Source: an uncultured Rikenellaceae bacterium (GTDB taxonomy: Bacteria > Bacteroidota > Bacteroidia > Bacteroidales > VadinHA17). From it: a DNA stretch of 64,000 bases. This document shows, piece after piece, positions 40,701 through 50,211 of this stretch. Under the pieces are notes generated by a model. That model was not told where the DNA came from. It did no database searches and saw only the letters and a list, made by a program, of their open reading frames with translations. Both the position numbers and the translations under genes were made by a program. Positions within the stretch are counted from its first letter, which is position 1, and each line of letters begins with the position of its first letter. The stretch lies in assembly GCA_964472085.1 (NCBI GenBank), contig CAYYIW010000014.1, positions 21,734 through 85,733 of the forward strand, written 5' to 3'.

Positions 40701-41123
40701 ATGACCATCAACGAAATACAGGATAAGATCATCGATGAATTTTCCATGTTCGAGGACTGGATGGATAAATACAACCTGCTGATTGATATTGGCAAGGATC
40801 TCCCTGTTATTGATCCCAGATACAAGGTGAAGGATTTCCTGATTGAGGGGTGCCAGTCAAAAGTATGGCTCCATCCGGATTATAATGGTAAAATGATAAC
40901 GTTCAGCGCAGACAGCGATGCCATTATCACAAGAGGCATAGTTGCCCTTCTTATACGTGTCCTGTCAGACCATACTCCTGAAGAGATATTATCTGCCGAT
41001 CTTTATTTCATAGACAGGATCGGACTGCGGCAGAATCTCTCACCTACACGTTCAAACGGATTGCTTTCGATGGTGCGCCAGATAAAACTCTATGCAATGG
41101 CATACGGTGCGATAAATAAATAA
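40701..41123 (+). CDS. sufE: SufE-family sulfur acceptor
   Basis: 140 aa with the EGCQSKVWL active-site Cys motif. Confidence 0.9.
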   Translation: MTINEIQDKIIDEFSMFEDWMDKYNLLIDIGKDLPVIDPRYKVKDFLIEGCQSKVWLHPDYNGKMITFSADSDAIITRGIVALLIRVLSDHTPEEILSADLYFIDRIGLRQNLSPTRSNGLLSMVRQIKLYAMAYGAINK

Positions 41124-41135
41124 TACATTTATAAT

Positions 41136-41456
41136 ATGGACGCGTCAGAACAGCTCGAAATAGAAACAAGGATTACTGATGTCCTGAAAAGTATATATGA
41201 TCCGGAGATACCGGTCAATATCTATGACCTGGGTCTGATTTATGAAATTAACCTGGATGATGATCATATAGCTCATATTACTATGACCCTTACTGCTCCG
41301 AATTGTCCACTGGCTGAAGAACTTGTTGAAGAGGTTAAATACAAAGTGGGTGGTACGCGGGGAGTTAAGGAATGTGACCTCAACCTGACCTTTACCCCCC
41401 CCTGGGATAAAAGCATGCTCAGCGATGAAGCAAAACTGCAACTTGGTTTCCTGTAA
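41136..41456 (+). CDS. DUF59 / SufT-like Fe-S assembly protein
   Basis: 106 aa with DPEIPVNIYDLGLIY and TLTAPNCPLAEEL. Confidence 0.85.
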   Translation: MDASEQLEIETRITDVLKSIYDPEIPVNIYDLGLIYEINLDDDHIAHITMTLTAPNCPLAEELVEEVKYKVGGTRGVKECDLNLTFTPPWDKSMLSDEAKLQLGFL

Positions 41457-41470
41457 ATATTGAACAAACA

Positions 41471-42421
41471 ATGACCGGATCAGATAACAGGACAATTTCG
41501 GAACTGATCAGGGCAAAAGCATTTGAACTTGGTTTCGACCTTTGTGGCATTGCCAGGACAAGACCTTTAGCCCGGCAGCGGGATATCCTCGAAAAGTGGT
41601 GTTCAGACGGGATGAATGCAGGAATGCATTATCTGGAACGGAATACTGACCGGAGAACCGATCCCGGCCTTCTGGTCTCCGGAGCTGAATCAATGGTGGT
41701 GACCGGCCTTAATTATTACTCAGGTAACGCAGAAACACTTACAGGAGTTCCTGTAATATCACGATACGCCTACGGTACAGATTATCATATTATCATAGGA
41801 GAAAAACTGGATAAACTTCTTGATTTCGTCAAATCATGCGATCCAGGTGTTGAAGGAAGATCTTATGTCGACTCGGGACCTGTAATGGAAAAAGCCTGGG
41901 CTGTTGAGGCAGGCATAGGATGGCAGGGCCGTCATTCAGTGGTCATTAATAAGGACATTGGCTCCTTCTTCTTCATTGGGATAATGATTCTGAATATAAA
42001 GCTTGATTATGATGAGCCCTGGACAAAGGATTATTGTGGAACCTGCAGGGCATGCATTGATGCCTGCCCTACATCTGCAATAAATGATAACAGGACTATT
42101 GATGCCAGGAACTGTATAGCGAATCTAACTATCGAAAACAGGGGACCCATACCGGAAGATATAATTCCCAGACTGGGAGGCAGGGTATATGGGTGTGATA
42201 TATGCCAGGAAGTATGCCCATGGAACAATCGACCTGTTTTAACGCATATAAAGGAATTTGAAATGCCTGAACATCTGAGATCGTTGAGCAAAGATGAATG
42301 GAGATCACTCTCGGAAGATCAGTTCCATGCCCTATTTGACCGGTCACCGGTTGCCAGGAGAAAATATGAGCCTTTTATTACAAATGTTAGACTTGTAACC
42401 GGGGAAATCGAACGGATGTAA
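41471..42421 (+). CDS. queG: Epoxyqueuosine reductase
   Basis: 316 aa with two 4Fe-4S motifs, CGTCRACIDACP and CDICQEVCPWN. Confidence 0.9.
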   Translation: MTGSDNRTISELIRAKAFELGFDLCGIARTRPLARQRDILEKWCSDGMNAGMHYLERNTDRRTDPGLLVSGAESMVVTGLNYYSGNAETLTGVPVISRYAYGTDYHIIIGEKLDKLLDFVKSCDPGVEGRSYVDSGPVMEKAWAVEAGIGWQGRHSVVINKDIGSFFFIGIMILNIKLDYDEPWTKDYCGTCRACIDACPTSAINDNRTIDARNCIANLTIENRGPIPEDIIPRLGGRVYGCDICQEVCPWNNRPVLTHIKEFEMPEHLRSLSKDEWRSLSEDQFHALFDRSPVARRKYEPFITNVRLVTGEIERM

Positions 42422-42422
42422 A

Positions 42423-42830
42423 TCAACTTTCCGCAATTACAGTCACAATGATCTCTCTTTTCGCACGTGGACCGTCAAACTCACACAGAAATATATTCTG
42501 CCAAGTCGACAAACCCGGGTTATTGTCTATTACAGGTATTGTCTCGGAAGCACCTACCAGCCCGGCTTTCAGGTGTGCATCACCGTTATCGTCCTGGTGA
42601 TCATGTTCCCAGACACCCGGTGGTATAATGCCTCTGAGAAAGGTGATCACATCATTCTGGACCGACTGATCCCAGTTCTCCTGGATCATAATTGCGGCTG
42701 TTGCTCCCCTCGCATATACTGAGGCAATACCTGAAATTACCCCGCTCGACCTGATAATCGATGTTACTTCCGCAGTAATATCGTATAATCCGTTCTGCCT
42801 GTCTGTTCTTAGTGTAATGATCTTTTGCAT
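42423..42830 (-). CDS. yjbQ: YjbQ-family (UPF0047) secondary thiamine-phosphate synthase-like protein
   Basis: 135 aa with TAAIMIQENWD and DNGDAHLKAGLVG. Confidence 0.85.
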   Translation of the reverse strand: MQKIITLRTDRQNGLYDITAEVTSIIRSSGVISGIASVYARGATAAIMIQENWDQSVQNDVITFLRGIIPPGVWEHDHQDDNGDAHLKAGLVGASETIPVIDNNPGLSTWQNIFLCEFDGPRAKREIIVTVIAES

Positions 42831-42921
42831 AAACGATAGTTTACCGTAAAATTATAATTTATTTAATTGTTTTTTACCTTGGTGAATATTTGACGTCTTA
42901 TTAGCATAACAACTGAATACC

Positions 42922-43467
42922 TTGACAGATTTAAAACTTATAGAAGAGAGCAGAAGTGGCAATCTGAGCAGTTTCAGGAAACTTATTGATCAGACATCCC
43001 CTTTTGCTTATTCGGTAGCTTTCAGGTTGCTTGGTGATGATGACCAGGCAAAAGATGTGGTGCAGGAAACTATGATTACTATCTGGTTGAAACTGAAAAA
43101 GATAAGAACAGCAGAGGTATATAAGACATGGATTTACAGGATTGTGGTAAATAAGTGCTATGATCAGCTACGGAAAATGAAAAGACGCCCGGAATATTTT
43201 ACAGATGACAGGACATGGTCGGTTATTGCCGATAATACAGCCGATACTGCTTCTGCAGAACTGGAAAACAGTGAAATAGCCGGCGTTATAAACCTTTTAA
43301 CAGAAAAACTGAGCCCCAGGCAGAAAATGGTATTTGTTCTGTCTGAGATCGAACAATTGTCAGCAGATGAAGTAATGGCAATAACAGGGCTGGCAAGGAC
43401 GGTAATTAAAGCTAACCTGTACTATGCAAGGAAAAGGATTTCTGAATTGTTAGAAAAATATTTGTGA
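42922..43467 (+). CDS. ECF-type RNA polymerase sigma-70 factor
   Basis: 181 aa with region 2 (WIYRIVVNKCYDQLRK) and region 4 (LSPRQKMVFVLSEIEQLSADEVMAITG). TTG start. Confidence 0.88.
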   Translation: MTDLKLIEESRSGNLSSFRKLIDQTSPFAYSVAFRLLGDDDQAKDVVQETMITIWLKLKKIRTAEVYKTWIYRIVVNKCYDQLRKMKRRPEYFTDDRTWSVIADNTADTASAELENSEIAGVINLLTEKLSPRQKMVFVLSEIEQLSADEVMAITGLARTVIKANLYYARKRISELLEKYL

Positions 43468-44015
43468 TGATGAAAACAGGATACCATAAATATGAAAAGG
43501 TGAGAGACCTGCTCAGACGTTCAGTACCTGGGCTGGATTCGCAGGCACAGCTGGAGGAAAAGATCATTACTTCAATAAAGGAGGGGAATAAAAGGGGAAA
43601 CGGATATCCTGATATTCTCGGTTTTCTGTTTGGGTGGGTCTATATCGGATGGGTGCGCAGAAGCCTTGTGGCTGTTTCAGCAGTACTTGTTATCTTCTTT
43701 GTTTATCAGCAGGCTGTTATAATGAAAGAACTGGATTACCTCTCAAGGAAGAGTATAATAATAGACGGAAGTACGGGAACAGTTAATACAGGGGATATTG
43801 AAAAAAGACTGCTTATGTACAAATTATCCGGTAAGAAGCCGGCAGAGGAGGACCTGAATATTTCAAGGCAACAGATGGATGAACTCATTGAATCGGTTAA
43901 TGAGTTGCATGATAAATACAGGGACCTGATCAATATTATAAATTCCGATCCCGAACTCAGGAAATATATAGAGCAAAAACTTGATAAAAAGGAAAAATCA
44001 AAATTTAATCTTTGA
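43464..44015 (+). CDS. Putative anti-sigma factor (single-pass membrane protein)
   Basis: 183 aa with one central TM (LVAVSAVLVIFFVYQ). Its start codons (GTGATGATG) overlap the sigma factor stop. Assignment is by position only. Confidence 0.5.
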   Translation: MMMKTGYHKYEKVRDLLRRSVPGLDSQAQLEEKIITSIKEGNKRGNGYPDILGFLFGWVYIGWVRRSLVAVSAVLVIFFVYQQAVIMKELDYLSRKSIIIDGSTGTVNTGDIEKRLLMYKLSGKKPAEEDLNISRQQMDELIESVNELHDKYRDLINIINSDPELRKYIEQKLDKKEKSKFNL

Positions 44016-44019
44016 TCCC

Positions 44020-45072
44020 ATGAAAAATATTCGTTTAAAAATGACTGTCGTTCTGGTACTGTTATCTGTCATGTCGTGTGATGAACCGGAAACCGTTGTA
44101 ACAGATATCGTACATACTGACGGATCTGTAACACGTAAGATTGAAATGAGAAATAATGAAGACAAATTCAAGGATTCTGACCTGCAGGTTCCTTTTGACA
44201 GCACCTGGGTTATCAGGGATTCGCTTGAAATTAATGATAAAGGAGACACTACATGGGTAAAGCGGGCTGAGAAAACATTCATCAATGTTGAAGAGCTTAA
44301 TCTTACTTATAAGAATGATTCCGGTGCTAACAGGAAAATAGTACGCAGCGCGCATTTTTCCAAAAAATTCAGATGGTTCAATACAGAATTCCGGTTTTCG
44401 GAAAAGATTGACAGAACAATGGAATTTGGCTATCCGGTGAGTGATTTTCTTGACAGCGAAGAACTTCATTTTTATTATGCCCCGGATAACTTCCGGGAAG
44501 AAAAGCTGCATAGTGCAGATAGTCTCAGGTATAAGAGACTGAAAGATTCAATTAATGTAAAAACAGATCGATGGGCGATGAAAAATCTTATTGACGAGTG
44601 GGTAGGGGAGTTTACACGCCTTATGCATGGCAAGGATACCGGAGCTCTTTCTGCCGATTCCCTCAGGCTGCATGAAAATGAATTTGTGAGAATGGCAGAG
44701 GCTAATGAGGATAAACTGGACAGCCTCTGGACAAACGGGATCATCCTCAGAGAACTTATCGGAGATGAAAATGCGAACAGGTATAAGACTGAGGCCGATT
44801 CAGCTATTGATATGGCCGCTGATAAGCTCTGGATACATTTCAACCGCTATACAGTGAAAATAGTAATGCCTGGTAAACTGACCGGCACAAACGGGTATAT
44901 CGACAGCAGCAAGGTACTGGTTTGGCCTGTTAAATCAGATTTCTTTATGACTGAACCATATGAGATGTGGGCAGAATCAAAAATACAGAACAGGTGGGCC
45001 TGGATCATCTCCGGGGTCTTTCTGCTATTCGTAATTACAGGAGTTTTGATTAGGGTAACAAAAAAGGGCTGA
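44020..45072 (+). CDS. Hypothetical lipoprotein with C-terminal TM anchor
   Basis: The internal ATG at 44020 gives the lipoprotein signal MKNIRLKMTVVLVLLSVMSC. There is a C-terminal hydrophobic helix (WAWIISGVFLLFVITGVLI). No recognisable family. Confidence 0.6.
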   Translation: MKNIRLKMTVVLVLLSVMSCDEPETVVTDIVHTDGSVTRKIEMRNNEDKFKDSDLQVPFDSTWVIRDSLEINDKGDTTWVKRAEKTFINVEELNLTYKNDSGANRKIVRSAHFSKKFRWFNTEFRFSEKIDRTMEFGYPVSDFLDSEELHFYYAPDNFREEKLHSADSLRYKRLKDSINVKTDRWAMKNLIDEWVGEFTRLMHGKDTGALSADSLRLHENEFVRMAEANEDKLDSLWTNGIILRELIGDENANRYKTEADSAIDMAADKLWIHFNRYTVKIVMPGKLTGTNGYIDSSKVLVWPVKSDFFMTEPYEMWAESKIQNRWAWIISGVFLLFVITGVLIRVTKKG

Positions 45073-45089
45073 AAATCTCAGCCCTTTTT
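45066..45089 (+). terminator. Rho-independent terminator
   Basis: The sequence is GGGCTGA-aaatc-TCAGCCC followed by TTTTT. The stem includes the stop codon. Confidence 0.8.
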
Positions 45090-45136
45090 AACCCTAACTA
45101 ACTAAAAACCACCAACTATCTGCCAATAGTGTATTT

Positions 45137-45643
45137 TTATTCTACATAATCCTTTAACATGTGCATCAGTTTCTGGCGGGTAAAGAATATCCTGCTCTTT
45201 ACCGTACCTATCTTAAGACCCAGCTCATCTGCTATTTCTTTATACTTATACCCTTCAACATGCATCATGAATGGGATCCTGAATTCATCATTAAGTGAAT
45301 TTATGGCTTTCTCAATTTCACCTTCCGAGAAATGCGACTCAGGGGAGATGAATCCTTTGTCGTGCGGCTGATTGATGTAATATAGATCCTGTGTGCCATC
45401 GATTATTGTATTTTCCTTTATGCTTCTCCTGTAATTATTTATGAAGGTGTTTTTCATAATTGTGAAAACCCATGCTTTAAGATTGGTATAATCCACAAAT
45501 TTGTCTTTATACGTGATTGCCTTAAGATATGTATCCTGTACAAGATCAAGTGCTGTGTCCCTGTCGGACGTAAGGCTCATTGCAAACCGCTGAAGGTTGC
45601 TTTTCATTTCTATAAGGCTGGTGTTAAATTCAATCTGTGTCAT
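45137..45643 (-). CDS. ECF-type RNA polymerase sigma-70 factor
   Basis: 168 aa with FTIMKNTFINNYRR (region 2) and YKEIADELGLKIGTVKSRIFFTRQKL (region 4). Confidence 0.88.
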   Translation of the reverse strand: MTQIEFNTSLIEMKSNLQRFAMSLTSDRDTALDLVQDTYLKAITYKDKFVDYTNLKAWVFTIMKNTFINNYRRSIKENTIIDGTQDLYYINQPHDKGFISPESHFSEGEIEKAINSLNDEFRIPFMMHVEGYKYKEIADELGLKIGTVKSRIFFTRQKLMHMLKDYVE

Positions 45644-46028
45644 AACTCTTGTTTTTAAAATTGTTCAAACAAATTTAAACCGATAATAAAAGATATACAA
45701 ATCTTAATATCTTAAAATCGTTATATTCTCCCTCTCTTATAAATAATATATTGCAGTAATATCAACATATACAGGGAGTTGGTGTCTTTTTGTTTAACTT
45801 TTTCTAAATATTGTATAAATAAATATTTCATAATTTATCTTTTATGAGTGGGTACCTGGGAAGAGGTATATAATGCTATTTTTGTTTAATGAACATATCA
45901 TTACAAAGGTAGGACCCTATTATAAGTCTGAGGTTAAGATTGAGTTAAGGTTTCATTAATTTGAGATTAATATTCATTAAGGATTTCTCCGGCATTCTTA
46001 AGTTTTGTACTTTTAAAGAAAAATCTCT

Positions 46029-46841
46029 ATGGATTTCAGTATCAGGTTAAAGAATGGTGTGCTTCTTCAGGGTTTCATACTGAGCCCGGGCGACAATACA
46101 AGGGCAGTGATCCTTATGGTACACGGTCTTGGAGAACATATACAGCGATATACAGAATGGGCAGGTATGTTCAGGGATGAAGGGATAGGATTTACCGGAC
46201 TGGATCTGCCCGGGCACGGACGTTCAGGGGGAAGGAGGGGGCATATAGGAAGCTACAGGGAGACAGATGAAATGATTGATATACTTCTTACAACATGTTA
46301 CAGGACCTTCCCGGGGATACCTATATATATATATGGTCATAGTCTTGGAGGAGGAATAGTACTTGATTATATCCTGAGGAAAAATCCGAAGGTTAAAGGT
46401 GCCATCGTAACATCTCCATGGCTCAGGTTATCTTTTGAACCTTCCAGGACAAAGCTTGTCCTCGCCTCAGTCATGAAATACATACTTCCCGGACTGACGC
46501 AGCCTTCCGGGCTTAATGCTGATCAAATCTCACATGAAAAAGATGTTGTTGAAAAATATAGATCTGATCCTCTTGTACACGACAGGATATCAGTGAGTCT
46601 CTTTAACAGTGCAATGAATGCTGCCAGATATTCTCTTGATCATGCCGGAGAGCTTAACATTCCCACACTTATTATTCACGGCAGCGACGATCTGATATGT
46701 TCTCCAGACGGAAGCAGGGAATTTGCCTCTAAGACAGGTAAGGTTACGCTGAAGATATGGGAGGGGGGATATCATGAACTGCATAACGAGGCATATCATG
46801 AAGATGTTTTCAGGTATATCATCCAGTGGATGGGAGTATAG
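46029..46841 (+). CDS. Alpha/beta hydrolase (lysophospholipase / monoacylglycerol-lipase-like)
   Basis: 270 aa with MVHGLGEH (oxyanion region), the nucleophile elbow GHSLGG and a C-terminal GGYHELHNE. Confidence 0.85.
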   Translation: MDFSIRLKNGVLLQGFILSPGDNTRAVILMVHGLGEHIQRYTEWAGMFRDEGIGFTGLDLPGHGRSGGRRGHIGSYRETDEMIDILLTTCYRTFPGIPIYIYGHSLGGGIVLDYILRKNPKVKGAIVTSPWLRLSFEPSRTKLVLASVMKYILPGLTQPSGLNADQISHEKDVVEKYRSDPLVHDRISVSLFNSAMNAARYSLDHAGELNIPTLIIHGSDDLICSPDGSREFASKTGKVTLKIWEGGYHELHNEAYHEDVFRYIIQWMGV

Positions 46842-46866
46842 TTCCGTTGATCTTAATATTTGATAT

Positions 46867-47850
46867 ATGGATTTCAGGACAAAAATAGGCATAACACCTT
46901 CGTCTTTAAAGATCACATACGACCACCCTGTGATGTTCATTGGTTCATGCTTTTCCTCCTATATTGGTTCAAAGATGGCAGAAGGTCATATGCCAGTGAT
47001 GATAAATCCTTCAGGAACAGTGTATAATCCTGTGTCGGTGATCAGCACACTGGATACCGTTCTTACCCGGAGGTGGTATAAACAGGAAGATATTTTCTTT
47101 CACAATGGCATGTGGCACAGCTTTGATCATTATGCGGAGTTCTCCGGTGATGATCCGGAAAAGGTACTGGAGAAGATAAACAACAACATGCAGAAAGCTT
47201 ATTCATTCATTAAGAATTCAGGATTTCTCTTTATCACTTTCGGTACTGCGCGGGTTTACAGGTACAGGAAAACAGGCAGGATAGTATCTAATTGTCACAA
47301 GGTACCTGCAAAGGAATTTGTTTCTGAATTGCTCGAAGTGGAGGACATTGTAAGTTTGTGGACAGAAAAACTGAACGAGTTAAACAGGCAGTTCCCAAGC
47401 CTTAAGGTAATTTTTACAATAAGCCCTGTGAGGCACTGGAAAGACGGAGCTCACGGGAACCAGGTCAGTAAATCTGTTTTATTTCTTGCAGTTGAGGAAT
47501 TGTTAAAAAACAACCCGGAGACGAATTATTTTCCTGCTTATGAGCTAGTAATGGATGATCTGCGGGATTACAGGTTCTATGACGAGGACATGCTTCATCC
47601 ATCAGCTTCTGCTGTCAGTTATATATGGGATGCCTTTGCAGAATGCTACCTTGACGGGAAAACACAGAATACCTGGCGTGAAGTGGGCAGGATATCCAAA
47701 GCAACAGCTCACCGTTTTGTAAGTGATTCCCAGTCGGCAATAAAAGAATTTGCGCTGGGAATGCTAAATCAGATAGAACGCATAACAAAAATCAACCCGG
47801 GAATAGATCTTTCTCTTGAAAGGAAATACTTTCTTGATCTATCGGATTAG
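46867..47850 (+). CDS. GSCFA-domain protein
   Basis: 327 aa with the FIGSCFSSY (GSCF) motif near the N-terminus. Confidence 0.8.
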   Translation: MDFRTKIGITPSSLKITYDHPVMFIGSCFSSYIGSKMAEGHMPVMINPSGTVYNPVSVISTLDTVLTRRWYKQEDIFFHNGMWHSFDHYAEFSGDDPEKVLEKINNNMQKAYSFIKNSGFLFITFGTARVYRYRKTGRIVSNCHKVPAKEFVSELLEVEDIVSLWTEKLNELNRQFPSLKVIFTISPVRHWKDGAHGNQVSKSVLFLAVEELLKNNPETNYFPAYELVMDDLRDYRFYDEDMLHPSASAVSYIWDAFAECYLDGKTQNTWREVGRISKATAHRFVSDSQSAIKEFALGMLNQIERITKINPGIDLSLERKYFLDLSD

Positions 47851-47885
47851 CCTGAGATAAGTCCGGATAAGTAAATCTTTACTGA

Positions 47886-48785
47886 TCAGTCCAGCGAATC
47901 GATCACCTTAATAAATGCTGCAGGATCCTTTGTTATAATTACCTTATCGTATGTTTTCCTTGTAATCTGTTCCGGGGAATCGGTAAAGATAATTTTTCTC
48001 AGCATCAGTGATTTTCCAATACTTGTGAAATAACCGATCTTTTTTTCAGCAAAATCGAAAGCACTGGAATTGACAACAAGGTAATCGAATGATTTTATCT
48101 TATGCATTTCTATCACCTCCGAAGCCGGGAGGATTCCACCTGTAAAAATAACATCATATCCTCTTTTCCTGAGGGCATATTTGTAAAACAGGAAATTATT
48201 ATCTGTAAGATTGTCGGAGGTATTTATCATGGCAACTGCGGCTCCACGCTTTATGATGGTTGCCTTAAGCCTGTTGTCCTCAGTTATGATAATCTGCTTT
48301 ATTGTGTTTCTTACAAACTGTTCCTGTGCCCTGGAAAGACTACCTGTCTGCCAAAGTATCCTGGCTTTCTCGAGAAGAGGATAAAGGTTTTCAACATAAG
48401 CCTCCTCTATTCCCCTGTTATTAACATAAGGCATAAGAGCTTCCTTGAATGATGACTCGTTAAACCTGATTGCCGACATCAATATCTTACCGGGCTGAAA
48501 ATCCTGGCTGACATCATCATGTTTACTGCTTATTGTCATTACCTTCTGGGTGAGTTCATCATCATCCAGCCTGGCTATTTTTGATATCTTAAGCCCGTTA
48601 CGATTAAGATAAGCCACGTTAAGGATTTTCTTAAGCTCTGATTCACTGTAGGTTCTGATATTTGAATCGGTGCGGTCAGGTTCAAGTATTTTATATCTTT
48701 TTTCCCAAATCCTTATTGTGTGAGCCTTTATACCCGAAAAGTTTTCAAGATCTTTAATTGAAAATACATTAAGACCATCTTCCAT
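47886..48785 (-). CDS. MerR-family transcriptional regulator with C-terminal B12-binding-like Rossmann domain
   Basis: Has an N-terminal MerR HTH (FSIKDLENFSGIKAHTIRIWEKRY). The C-terminal AAVAMINTSDNLTDNN...GYDVIFTGG resembles a cobalamin-binding domain. The usual DxHxxG His is absent. Confidence 0.7.
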   Translation of the reverse strand: MEDGLNVFSIKDLENFSGIKAHTIRIWEKRYKILEPDRTDSNIRTYSESELKKILNVAYLNRNGLKISKIARLDDDELTQKVMTISSKHDDVSQDFQPGKILMSAIRFNESSFKEALMPYVNNRGIEEAYVENLYPLLEKARILWQTGSLSRAQEQFVRNTIKQIIITEDNRLKATIIKRGAAVAMINTSDNLTDNNFLFYKYALRKRGYDVIFTGGILPASEVIEMHKIKSFDYLVVNSSAFDFAEKKIGYFTSIGKSLMLRKIIFTDSPEQITRKTYDKVIITKDPAAFIKVIDSLD

Positions 48786-48939
48786 AGCTTATTTACTTAT
48801 TTTTTTATACTGGCACCACTCTCAAATGTTAACAAACAAAAAATAGATTTGTTTATTTCTGTTTGGCTAAACTTATATGGTTAATTGCAGGGGCTATTCC
48901 GGGATTAGTGATGGTCCGGGATATAGATGAAGGGAATTG

Positions 48940-49314
48940 TTATTCCAATTCTTCCACCATTATTTTTTTGACAGTCCTGGTCCCGTCGCTGAATACAATT
49001 GTAACCAGGTACATTCCCCTTTTTGGATTATCAAGTGTTATCTTTATCAGCTGTAGCGGCTCATTATATTTCGCCCTGTAAATATCCTGCCCAATAATAT
49101 TGGTGATTCTTACAAAGGAAATATCCTTGTCGGCTTTAATGGTGAAAGTGTTGTATTTAACAGGTACAGGATAAATTGAAACGTTTATGCTGGCGGAATT
49201 GTAGTAACTGCTGTGCTGAGGAGTAACGGCAACAGTACTTGTATCCCTCTGTGCGTGAAGGATAACTGTAAACATCAACATCATAAGGACGAGTAGAAAT
49301 CTCCTCATATACAT
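48940..49314 (-). CDS. Small secreted protein with T9SS (Por) C-terminal sorting domain
   Basis: 124 aa with a signal peptide. The C-terminal YPVPVKYNTFTIK...ITNIIGQDIY...GMYLVTIVFSDGTRTVKKIMV matches the T9SS CTD pattern. Confidence 0.75.
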   Translation of the reverse strand: MYMRRFLLVLMMLMFTVILHAQRDTSTVAVTPQHSSYYNSASINVSIYPVPVKYNTFTIKADKDISFVRITNIIGQDIYRAKYNEPLQLIKITLDNPKRGMYLVTIVFSDGTRTVKKIMVEELE

Positions 49315-49359
49315 CCTTTTTGTTTAACCCGCCTCAAAAATTGTGCTAAAGTTAATGAT

Positions 49360-50136
49360 TTATAAATTAAATTGATCTAAAAATCTCTTTGCTTTTTCAA
49401 GATCTTCGGGTACATCAATACCTATGCTTTCCCACTGTGTTATTGCAGTCCTTATTTTATACCCGTTCTCAATCCACCTGTTCTGTTCGAGCGATTCGCA
49501 TATTTCGAGAGGAGTTCGGGCGAGTTTTGTGATTTTACTGAGAGTGGAAGTACGGTATGCATACAGACCTATATGCTTGTAATACACATGCTTACTAGCC
49601 CATTCGTTCATTTCGACATCTCTGAAGAAAGGTATGGCAGCCCTGCTGAAATATATAGCATCGCTATCCATGTTCAGGATGACCTTGGGCTGGTTAGGAT
49701 GGAAAATATCTTCATCCGGGCGGGCTTCCCTTACCAGTGTGGCAATCTCAACTCTCCTGTCAGAGAAGCATTTTTTTATCAGGTCGATCTGTTCCGGTCT
49801 TATAAAAGGTTCATCCCCCTGTATATTGATTACTATCTCAATTTTGGAATTTTTTCTCGAATTGATAATATCAACTGCCTCAGCACACCTGTCGGTACCG
49901 CTCATATGACTTGAGGAGGTCATAACTGCTTTGCCCCCGAATCCGGTTACCACATCGTATATTCGTTTGTCGTCTGTGGCCACATAAATGGCATCCAGTG
50001 ATTTTGAGGCCTGTTCATACACTTTTTGTATCATTGGTTTATCGCCGATCATGGCCAGTGGTTTGCCCGGGAATCGTGAAGAGGCGTAACGTGCCGGAAT
50101 GATGCCGGCAAAATTGTATTGCTGATATTCTTCCAT
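49360..50136 (-). CDS. kdsB: 3-deoxy-manno-octulosonate cytidylyltransferase (CMP-KDO synthetase)
   Basis: 258 aa with IIPARYASSRFPGKPL and NIQGDEP. Confidence 0.93.
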   Translation of the reverse strand: MEEYQQYNFAGIIPARYASSRFPGKPLAMIGDKPMIQKVYEQASKSLDAIYVATDDKRIYDVVTGFGGKAVMTSSSHMSGTDRCAEAVDIINSRKNSKIEIVINIQGDEPFIRPEQIDLIKKCFSDRRVEIATLVREARPDEDIFHPNQPKVILNMDSDAIYFSRAAIPFFRDVEMNEWASKHVYYKHIGLYAYRTSTLSKITKLARTPLEICESLEQNRWIENGYKIRTAITQWESIGIDVPEDLEKAKRFLDQFNL

Positions 50137-50211
50137 AATGCTAAATTACAAAAAATGCATTTCCCAATATTTCAAAAAAATCTTAAATTCGCAGCATTGT
50201 AAGTACAGAAA

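Noticed and set aside
48863-49081. 72-aa plus-strand ORF antisense to the T9SS-CTD gene
   Set aside because: The minus-strand ORF has a signal peptide and a recognisable T9SS C-terminal domain, and the plus-strand one has nothing.
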